13,875 nucleotides of DNA from Candidatus Baldrarchaeum yapensis (GTDB lineage Archaea > Asgardarchaeota > Baldrarchaeia > Baldrarchaeales > Baldrarchaeaceae): assembly GCA_016840465.1 (NCBI GenBank), contig JAEOSH010000053.1:1-13875 (forward strand), in the 5' to 3' direction. Position numbers and translations under genes: made by a program. Of the stretch, positions 1 to 7,385 are shown piece by piece (position 1 is the stretch's first letter; each line of letters opens with the position of its first letter). The notes under the pieces are model-generated. The model did not search any database and had not been told where the DNA came from. It saw only the letters and a list, made by a program, of their open reading frames with translations.

Positions 1-498
1 TGTTAATGTCTTGGAGAATATGATAAACCTCGGGCTTGTGGTATATCGTGATATTTTTGTCACTACTTTTCTACATAGTGTCCGTGCACTTCAGGCTCAT
101 CCTTTGATCTATGTGACAACGAACCGACGCCGATGAGCGATTGTTCCACCCTTCTGCTCAAAGGGGCCGAGAGAGGAGATTCCCAAGTTCGCTGAAGAGC
201 TCAGATATTTTCCGGACCATCTTCTCCCCTAACTATTTCCATTTTTGATTAAGAATTCGAACTTGAGGTAATGCTGGCCTGTAAATTGCAGGTTTGAAGG
301 GAACATGCCTTGAAGCAATGTCTTCGCCTATGGCATTGCTTGCAGTTCTCGAGAACATAGCGAAAAATCACCAAACTTCACCGAACTGCGTCCCAGTAGT
401 CATCGAACTGCCGATTAAATAGAGAGCATAATGGTATATGTTCGGAGATGTTTTTGGATTATGCATAAAATTTTGCCGATAAAATCGGGATGTTGCGA

Positions 499-513
499 GA
501 AAACGTTTAAATA
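499..513 (+). promoter_or_regulatory. Archaeal BRE/TATA promoter of the dtxR-feoB operon
   Basis: GAAAACG (499-505) directly followed by TTTAAATA (506-513), about 75 nt upstream of the TTG start at 589. Confidence 0.6.
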
Positions 514-588
514 TCCAAGTATGGGATGAGATCCATGTAATTTCAACATGTGAAAAATTGATTTCCACGAACGAAAGGGTGCCCCACC

Positions 589-1290
589 TTGGACGCCAGC
601 CTGACAGAAAAGATAGAGGAGTGTCTGGAGTTCTTATATAAGTGCGAGAAGGAAGGAAAGAACATTGTCAGGATGTCGGAGGTATCGAAGGCGTTAGAGA
701 TGTCCCCATCATCGACCACCTCCCTACTTAGGAAAATGGCCGATATGGAGTTGGTACTGTACGAGTCGTACAAGGGCGTAAGACTCACGGAGAAGGGGCG
801 CAAGATTGCCAAGAACGTTGTGAGGAAGCACAGGCTAAGCGAGCGCCTCCTCACCGATTTACTGGGTATGGATTGGGCCGAGGTCCACGAACACGCATGC
901 AGGCTCGAGCATGCGATTTCGGACAAGCTTGCGGACATAATAGAGGAGAAATTGGGATATCCGGAAACGTGTCCTCATGGACATCCGATTTCTGGAGATG
1001 ATCCCCCGGTTCCGGATGTGCCTCTCTCCGAGGTGGAGCCCCCGGCCGAGGTGGAAGTGACAAGAATAATGGACGAGAGCCCCGCATTTCTGAGGAGATT
1101 ATCATCTATCGGGATCTTGCCGGGGTCCGTGATATCCGTGGAGGATCGTGCACCCCTAGGTGGAGCCCTTCTCGTTAGAGTTCTCGACACGGATATTGCG
1201 ATAGGTAAGGATGTCGCCCCCAAGATAAGGGTTAGACTACTGAGGGGAGGGCACAGACACCGCCACAGGCACAGATGGGGGTGGAAGTGA
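589..1290 (+). CDS. dtxR: DtxR/IdeR/MntR-family metal-dependent repressor with C-terminal FeoA/SH3-like domain and (HR)4 tail, 233 aa
   Basis: N-terminal wHTH (VRMSEVSKALEMSPSSTTSLLRKM, YKGVRLTEKG). Metal-site motifs RKHRLSER and HEHACRLEH, and CPHGHPI. FeoA-like C-terminus (RRLSSIGILPGSVISV...IAIGKDVA). TTG start preceded by AAGGGTG. Confidence 0.92.
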   Translation: MDASLTEKIEECLEFLYKCEKEGKNIVRMSEVSKALEMSPSSTTSLLRKMADMELVLYESYKGVRLTEKGRKIAKNVVRKHRLSERLLTDLLGMDWAEVHEHACRLEHAISDKLADIIEEKLGYPETCPHGHPISGDDPPVPDVPLSEVEPPAEVEVTRIMDESPAFLRRLSSIGILPGSVISVEDRAPLGGALLVRVLDTDIAIGKDVAPKIRVRLLRGGHRHRHRHRWGWK

Positions 1291-1295
1291 CACAT

Positions 1296-3251
1296 ATGAG
1301 CGATAGGGTGAGTATTGTTCTTGCAGGGCAGCCCAACACCGGGAAGTCCGTATTCTTCAACAGAATAACGGGAATAGGGGTCATATCATCGAACTATCCC
1401 GGGACCACTGTTGAGATCATGGAGGGATGGACAAAGATCGATGGTCTTCGTGTTAGGGTTATAGACACGCCCGGGATATATTCCCTCGATGCAACATCCC
1501 CCGACCAGATGGTTGCACGCAGGGTGATTCTGGAGACGAGGCCCGCGGTGATCATAAATATCATCGACGCAACGCATCTTGAGCGCAACCTCTACCTTAC
1601 GCTTCAGTTACTGGAGCTGGAGGTGCCGATGGTAGTAGCGCTTAACATGGTCGATGAGGCGTCGAAGCGAGGTATAAAGATAGATCATGAGAAGTTATCG
1701 GAATTTTTGGGCGTCCCGGTGATTCCGACAGTTGCCACGAGAGGAGAAGGAGTTTTTAAGGCCGTGAAGAAGGCGATGGAGTTACTGAAGGAGGGAGCGG
1801 GGGTTAGGGGCAAGAAGCTGGAGTACGGCAAGGACATTGAGAGGGTGATAAGCGCGCTGGAGGAGAAGATAAGGAGGGAGATGAGGGAGATCCCGTTTGG
1901 AATTTCCCCCCGTGCTCTTGCGATACTTCTACTCCAGAGGGACCCGGAGATCGTGAAAATTGTTTCGGAGAAGCATAAGGAGGTCGTGGAGTTTGCGGAG
2001 AAGCTTGCGAGCGCGATTGAGAGCATGCACGGGGAGCAATCGAGTATAAGAATAGCGAAGGAGAGGTATGCGCTTGCCCACATGATAGCGAACTCTGTTG
2101 TTGAGAAGCAGGAGCGGAGGCTGCTCAGGGACGTGATAGATGAGATAACGACGACTAACATTTACACGGGAATTCCGATAATGATGCTGGTGGTGCTCGC
2201 ACTGTTCAGTTCGCTGGTGTACATTGGTGGCATGCTGGAGGAGATTATAACCACGGCGTGGGAGTTGTTCGTGGTGGCGAACGTTGAGGGGATTATAACA
2301 GCGTATGGTGTTGATCCCCTGTTAAGGGTGATTATTCTCAATGGAGTACTGCTAGGGCTGGAGGCGGGGCTCGCTATCGTGATACCGTACATAGTCCTGT
2401 TCTACATACTTCTATCCGTGCTGGAAGACACCGGCTATCTCGCAAGGATCGCGTATCTCCTCGATGGGCTGATGCATCGCCTTGGTTTGCACGGAAGGGC
2501 GCTCATACCTCTCATAGTGGGGTACGGTTGCAACGTACCGGCAATTGTCGGAACAAGAGTACTCGAAACGCGCAGGGAGAGGTTCATCGCCGCGTTTTTG
2601 ATATCAATAGTTCCGTGTTCGGCGAGGACGGTTGTAATACTGGGGATAGTTGGCTCGTACCTGGGCATCATGTACGCGCTGGGGGTTTACGCCATAGGTC
2701 TCCTGTTGCTCGTGATCTCAGGAGTATTCTTAAACAGGATCCTGAGTGGTGAAAGGGTAGGCTTGGTGATGGAAATTCCACCCTACAGGGTGCCCCATCC
2801 GGTCACAGTGCTCAAGAAGACGTGGATAAGGTTCCGGGAGTTCGTGTACATAGCGTTTCCGCTCCTCATCATCGGTAGCATTGTCCTGAGCCTGCTGGAG
2901 TACTTTGAAATGCTGGATGCCGTCACGCGCGCAATGAGTCCCTTGATGGTCACGGTGCTCGGTCTCCCTCCGGTGACGGCGGTGCCGATAATATTCGGAA
3001 TATTCAGGAAAGAGATGGTGATAGAGATGCTCGTTGTCCTATCCGGCACCACCGACCTATCGCTGATATTTACTCCCACGCAGATGATAGTCTTCGCGGT
3101 CGTCACGATGCTGTACTTCCCGTGTATAGCATCTCTCGGAGCTCTCGCGAAGGAATTGGGCTGGAGGGATACGATCCTGATAGCTCTCGGAACAATGGCC
3201 CTCGCGATAACGGTGGGAGCGATACTCAACGTTGCCCTGAGGTGTTTATGA
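1296..3251 (+). CDS. feoB: Ferrous iron transporter FeoB, 651 aa
   Basis: G1 GQPNTGKS, G2 NYPGTTVE, G3 DTPG, G4 NMVD, G5 PTVATRGEG. Membrane domain with GYGCNVPA, PCSAR and YFPCIASL motifs. ATG 1296, 5 nt after the dtxR stop, is preferred over ATG 1275 of the ORF track. Confidence 0.97.
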   Translation: MSDRVSIVLAGQPNTGKSVFFNRITGIGVISSNYPGTTVEIMEGWTKIDGLRVRVIDTPGIYSLDATSPDQMVARRVILETRPAVIINIIDATHLERNLYLTLQLLELEVPMVVALNMVDEASKRGIKIDHEKLSEFLGVPVIPTVATRGEGVFKAVKKAMELLKEGAGVRGKKLEYGKDIERVISALEEKIRREMREIPFGISPRALAILLLQRDPEIVKIVSEKHKEVVEFAEKLASAIESMHGEQSSIRIAKERYALAHMIANSVVEKQERRLLRDVIDEITTTNIYTGIPIMMLVVLALFSSLVYIGGMLEEIITTAWELFVVANVEGIITAYGVDPLLRVIILNGVLLGLEAGLAIVIPYIVLFYILLSVLEDTGYLARIAYLLDGLMHRLGLHGRALIPLIVGYGCNVPAIVGTRVLETRRERFIAAFLISIVPCSARTVVILGIVGSYLGIMYALGVYAIGLLLLVISGVFLNRILSGERVGLVMEIPPYRVPHPVTVLKKTWIRFREFVYIAFPLLIIGSIVLSLLEYFEMLDAVTRAMSPLMVTVLGLPPVTAVPIIFGIFRKEMVIEMLVVLSGTTDLSLIFTPTQMIVFAVVTMLYFPCIASLGALAKELGWRDTILIALGTMALAITVGAILNVALRCL

Positions 3252-3391
3252 TGACAAAAAAGGAAATTCAGTGTCCCCTCTGCGGGTACAGGTTCTCCGA
3301 AGAAGAGAGCGGGTGCGCCAGATGCCCCCACGTGAAGAAATGCCGGATGGTCATGTGCCCAAACTGCGGGTATGAATTTCCGAATATATGA
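3248..3391 (+). CDS. Small Cys-rich metal-binding protein downstream of feoB, 47 aa
   Basis: MMTKKEIQCPLCGYRFSEEESGCARCPHVKKCRMVMCPNCGYEFPNI. GAGGTG RBS just upstream. ATG overlaps the feoB TGA (ATGA coupling). Pattern CxxC-x10-CxxC-x5-C-x4-CxxC. It is the 3' part of the track ORF 3122..3391. Confidence 0.85.
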   Translation: MMTKKEIQCPLCGYRFSEEESGCARCPHVKKCRMVMCPNCGYEFPNI

Positions 3392-3404
3392 TTGAATTCC
3401 CAAC

Positions 3405-3430
3405 TTTCTTAATTGCCAAACGCGTTTTTC
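3405..3430 (+). terminator. Possible oligo-T terminator of the feo operon
   Basis: T-rich tracts (TTTCTT, TTTTTC) 14-40 nt after the stop at 3391. Confidence 0.35.
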
Positions 3431-3469
3431 GGCACCCACCACTGCATCAAGTGTGATACCGTGGAGACA

Positions 3470-3521
3470 TTTATATATTCATGACTCGGTTATATACTCA
3501 TGGGTATATACCTATGAGTAT
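3470..3521 (+). promoter_or_regulatory. TATA elements and palindromic operator at the ATPase start
   Basis: TTTATATAT (3470-3478), a second TTATATA (3490-3496), and the 28-bp palindrome ATACTCATGGGTATATACCTATGAGTAT (3494-3521, 13/14 pairs) overlapping ATG 3514. Confidence 0.6.
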
Positions 3522-4827
3522 TCAGAAATTTGTCGCGAGAAGGAGCGAAGTCGACATCATTAGGAATCACCCCAGCTGGGTCTTGGTATACGGCAGAAGG
3601 AAGACCGGAAAAACGTTTATGCTCAAGAATTTTCTGAGTTGGCACACGTATATTACCGTAAGCAGAGGGTTAAGTGTTCTGGTTGAGAGGAGGGGCGGGG
3701 GGACCAAGGTCGTCGAGTTGAGGAGATTACCCTCCATAATCGAGGATGCCCTTGAGAGAAATGAAGTTGTGATCGTGGACGAGTTTCAGCGGCTCCCGGA
3801 GCACTTCTGGGACATCATCGCAAGTTGCCACCCGAAGGGGAAGCTAGTGCTCTCCGGTAGTAGCCTCAGCATCGTCGAGAAAGTTTTCTCGCACAGAAGC
3901 CCATTACTCGGGCTCCTCCTACCGATCCGCATAGACATAATAAGACCGAGTGACATACTGTTCTCACTCGTCTCGGCAGGGTTAACCCCCAGAAGGGCGG
4001 TCGAGTGGGGCGTTATAGTCAGAGACCCCTGGGTGATCCCCCATGTGAACCTGAAGGGGAGCGTTCTGGATCAGGTAACGAGGCTGCTACCGTTCCTAGT
4101 AGAGGCCTCGATAGGCCTCATCGGGGAGGTTTTCAAGGATGAGGAGAGGCTCCTAACGAGAATATATGAGGCGATACTGTACTCGATAGCCTCAGGAAGC
4201 TGGAGCCTCGAGGAGGTCGCGAGAGAACTCTACCAAAAGGGTATCGTTGAGCACCCCCGCCTCGAGTACGCGTCCTCATATGTTGACAGGCTCTCCAAAA
4301 TGGGGCTCGTGGAGAAGGTGCCGCTCTACAAGAGCAGAGCCAGAATATACCTCAAACTGAGATCCCACCTGATGAGCATAGCCATGGGCGTAGAGGAGAA
4401 GACGGGGATCACCGAGGCAATGCAACCGATATTCGGAATTGAGGAGACCATCAGGTCAATATACGGTTTGGAACTGCAGTTCTTCGTCGGTGAGGCGCTG
4501 GCCGAGGCAACGGGTCTGCGTAGAGCGTATACAATACTTCCTAGAGGCGAAGGGGATATAGATGTCGTACTACTTGATAGAAAGAACAAACCGGTAATGG
4601 CGGTCGAGGTAAAATCTAGCGCTCCCAAAGATGCCGATGTTACAAAGTTGAGGGAGAGAGCAGAGCAAATAGGCGCACCCGAAACCGCAATCTTTACGCT
4701 AAGGGAGAGCAGGGAGCAAAGAATACGGGGAGTGAAGATAATCACGCCCAAAGTCCTGATAGAAATGTTAAGGAGGAGAGAACTGGTTGATACTGCAGAT
4801 TACGACACGCATGAATTCCCCTCATAG
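3514..4827 (+). CDS. Archaeal ATPase (COG1672 / ATPase_2-like): P-loop ATPase, wHTH and C-terminal PD-(D/E)xK nuclease-like (DUF234-type) domain, about 437 aa
   Basis: N-terminal FVARRSE, Walker A YGRRKTGKT, Walker B VIVDEFQ, sensor LSGSS, wHTH (SLEEVAREL...YVDRLSKMGLVEK), and GDIDVV...AVEVK. ATG 3514 is preferred; the ORF track starts at 3481. Confidence 0.85.
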   Translation: MSIQKFVARRSEVDIIRNHPSWVLVYGRRKTGKTFMLKNFLSWHTYITVSRGLSVLVERRGGGTKVVELRRLPSIIEDALERNEVVIVDEFQRLPEHFWDIIASCHPKGKLVLSGSSLSIVEKVFSHRSPLLGLLLPIRIDIIRPSDILFSLVSAGLTPRRAVEWGVIVRDPWVIPHVNLKGSVLDQVTRLLPFLVEASIGLIGEVFKDEERLLTRIYEAILYSIASGSWSLEEVARELYQKGIVEHPRLEYASSYVDRLSKMGLVEKVPLYKSRARIYLKLRSHLMSIAMGVEEKTGITEAMQPIFGIEETIRSIYGLELQFFVGEALAEATGLRRAYTILPRGEGDIDVVLLDRKNKPVMAVEVKSSAPKDADVTKLRERAEQIGAPETAIFTLRESREQRIRGVKIITPKVLIEMLRRRELVDTADYDTHEFPS

Positions 4828-5973
4828 ATCTATACCTAACGCATTGCTTATGCCCCTCAGCATGAGATCTGCAGTCCTTTCCCAGTTAAACCTTCTCCGA
4901 ATATCGAACGCTCTCCTACTCATTTCCTTTAATGTCGTACTATCCTCCCAGAAACTCCTTATTAGCCTCGCCAACTCTCCCTCATTGTCATCAGAGAAGA
5001 GCGCAGAATCCACGCCGTTTCTAAGTATCTCAGGAATTCCGCCATTACTTTGTGCAATCACAGGCTTTCCAAACGATAACGCCTCCATTGGCGTCAATCC
5101 CATGTGTTCGTAATATGCGGGATGGACTAAGAAATCACACCCACGGTAATAACTGACTAATTCTTCATCCGAGCAGTTAAGCCGAATATAAACTCTTTCC
5201 CTCAGCCCCAGGACATCTATCTGCTTCTTTAAAAGATCAAAATACCGTTTGGAGCGCAAACCTCTGATGAAGCCTACCAGAGCCAGATTTACATCGTCAA
5301 GACGGCTTAAAACTCTGAGAAGCATATGCTGACGCTTTCGGGGCTCAAAGGCTCCCACACACAGGATATATGGGTCATCACATTCGATGGATGCAGAGTT
5401 TGCGGAAAGAAGATGCTCGGAGCCGCCATAGATGGGAAACGCCGATATTCCCTCGTATTCCTTATAGAGATTTGCAACCCAGCGCGTGTTCGTGAAGAAA
5501 ATGTCAACATATCCGATAAACTCCCTCCACAGCCGATACTTCTCGACGGATAGGCGGTAATTGACCCAGTTCTGGCGATAGCCCGTATCCGAGCACAGAA
5601 AACCATAAGGGGGGTTGTGCAACATGTATGCGAGTTTACAGCCGTATCTTTTCTTCAAAAGAACGCCGGCAACCAACTCCTTGTAACTATGTATCAGGAT
5701 AACGTCGTCTTCATCAATTCCTTCACTAATCGCCTCCGAAATCGCCCTGCCCGCCCTTATTATGCCGTCAACATCATTGAAGTCGTAGCTTTTCGTTTCG
5801 GCCACCTTCAGCGGGATCCTATCTCTATCTGCAAGATAAAGCGCGCCCGGAACCATTGTGATCACATACGCTTCGAGCCCCCTCCTTCTCAGTGCATCGG
5901 TAACGCATGTTATCCACCGCTCGACGCCGCCCGCGCGCCAAAATCTCAGAAATATCTGGAAGATTCTCACCAT
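4822..5973 (-). CDS. Glycosyltransferase family 4 (GT-B fold), 383 aa
   Basis: N-terminal AGGVER loop, CVGAFEPRKR, and C-terminal E-x7-E motif EHMGLTPMEALSFGKPVIAQSNGGIPE. GGGTG RBS upstream. Overlaps the ATPase 3' end by 6 nt, convergently. Confidence 0.9.
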   Translation of the reverse strand: MVRIFQIFLRFWRAGGVERWITCVTDALRRRGLEAYVITMVPGALYLADRDRIPLKVAETKSYDFNDVDGIIRAGRAISEAISEGIDEDDVILIHSYKELVAGVLLKKRYGCKLAYMLHNPPYGFLCSDTGYRQNWVNYRLSVEKYRLWREFIGYVDIFFTNTRWVANLYKEYEGISAFPIYGGSEHLLSANSASIECDDPYILCVGAFEPRKRQHMLLRVLSRLDDVNLALVGFIRGLRSKRYFDLLKKQIDVLGLRERVYIRLNCSDEELVSYYRGCDFLVHPAYYEHMGLTPMEALSFGKPVIAQSNGGIPEILRNGVDSALFSDDNEGELARLIRSFWEDSTTLKEMSRRAFDIRRRFNWERTADLMLRGISNALGIDL

Positions 5974-6081
5974 GGAAACACCCGGCGCGAGTGAGTATTA
6001 TTTTATTGTGCGCCCACCAATGTAAAATGTACGGAAGAGCCCATCTCGACAAAAAGGATGCACAAGCACAGCCGGTATTCC

Positions 6082-6095
6082 CAAAACTTTTTAAA
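6082..6095 (+). promoter_or_regulatory. Possible BRE/TATA for the MFS gene
   Basis: CAAAAC followed by TTTTTAAA, about 50 nt upstream of ATG 6144. Confidence 0.45.
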
Positions 6096-6143
6096 ATGGG
6101 TCGAACTACCAAAAATTCCCCATACTGACCGAAAGGGACCTGC

Positions 6144-7364
6144 ATGAGAAGAAGAGAAAACACTAGGACCCCGCGGACGCTGTACGCGGCGGTCTTCTTC
6201 TCCTACTTTTCCTTCGGAACCTACCAGCCCTACATAATAGTGTACGCGGTGGAGATGGGAGCAAGGTACGACGAATTGGGGATCGTGACGTCGGTCGGAA
6301 ACGCATCACCCGCGATCTTTCAACCGCTGTGAGGCATGCTCTCGGACAGACTGGGAAAAAGGAAACCCTTCATTCTGACAGGCTTCCTAATAGGCTCTCT
6401 ACTGCTCTTCCCATTCCCGTTCGTCGATAAACCCCTACTCTACGCCACAATACTCGGAATCCACTTCGTGATGCTCTCCGCGGCTCTTCCAACATGGACC
6501 ACACTCATAGGTAGGCATGTTCCCGAGGAGGCTCGAGGAAGAGGTCTAGGAAAGATAAATGGGATCTCCCTCGGCGCACGGGTGCTTGCAACCCTGCTCT
6601 CAGGAATGGTCATGACCTTTGTCGTGGGAGAAACATTTATAAGGATGTAGTACCGCGTGTTGCTCGCCATAGCGGCGCTTTCAGGAATAATCGCAGATCT
6701 GTCGATAATGTTCTACAAAGAGACGCCCTATACCGATGCCCCGAGCGCTAGATCTTCACCCGTAATGTCCATCATCAGGAATAGTTACTTCAAGAGGTTA
6801 TGGGTCCTAGAGTGCATGTTTTTCTTCGCAATGTCAATCGCATGGCCCTACTTCTCCGTTGTAATGATAAGAAGACTGCACGCGTCGAAATTCGAAATCG
6901 CAATTCAGAGCATGCTCCTCTTCTCCCTTGGCTCCATAATTCAGTTCTTCTTCGGAGGTCTTGCGGACAGGTTCGGAAGAAAACCCGTTCTCGCCGCCTC
7001 AAGAACGGCTCTTCCATCGTATCCCCTCCTCTTCATGCTCGCCACTCACATGGGCTTCATATACGTAGCGGCGGTGATCGCGGGAATATGCAACGGGCTC
7101 TGGATGGTGGCGTCGACGGCGTACATTCTCGATATTACGAGGGAAGAGGAAAGAGCATCGGCATTCGCAGTATTCAACACGGCAATAGGATTCGCCACGT
7201 TCTTCGGAAGCCTGCTGGAAGGACTCCTTGGAGAGTTCTTAACGCAGTTTTATGGCGTGGAAGACGCGCTCATCGCAGTCCTGCTGTTAAGTTTTACCCT
7301 CAAACTAGCATCATCACTGCTTTACGTGACAACCAAAGAAACCAGAACTCCCGGAAGAGGATGA
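6144..7364 (+). pseudogene. MFS transporter (406 codons, about 12 TM) interrupted by two in-frame stops
   Basis: Track ORFs 6144-6332, 6336-6650 and 6657-7364 are all in one frame. Read through, they give FQPL*GMLSDRLGKRKPF (MFS motif A, TGA 6330-6332) and FIRM*YRVLL (TAG 6648-6650). The second motif A copy, GGLADRFGRKPV, is intact. No frameshift. Confidence 0.85.
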
Positions 7365-7385
7365 GGGAGGGACCAAAACCGAAAA
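7365..7385 (-). terminator. Possible oligo-T terminator of the minus-strand operon
   Basis: The minus strand reads TTTTCGGTTTTGG directly after the TAG at 7388-7386, in the 21-nt gap to the convergent MFS stop. Confidence 0.4.

Noticed and set aside
368-568. 66-aa minus-strand ORF
   Set aside because: No motif or RBS, and it overlaps the dtxR promoter; probably spurious.
2783-3442. Long antisense or alternate-frame ORFs (for example 2783-3442, 6800-7414, 8633-9229, 8823-9449, 9518-10021, 11915-12541)
   Set aside because: They shadow well-supported genes and have no recognisable motifs. The Pro/His repeats are just other-frame readings of the (GM)n repeat.
4822-5973. Slightly lower GC in the GT4 gene as evidence of horizontal transfer
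   Set aside because: Only a few 60-nt lines were hand-counted (42-47% versus 52% for one feoB line), which is too little to support a claim. A sliding-window GC and codon analysis is needed.
6330-6650. Selenocysteine, pyrrolysine or alternative genetic code as the explanation for the MFS stops
   Set aside because: TGA and TAG terminate many other genes here, the TGA sits at a typical Trp rather than Cys position, and I saw no convincing SECIS/PYLIS-like hairpin. Kept only as a low-ranked alternative.
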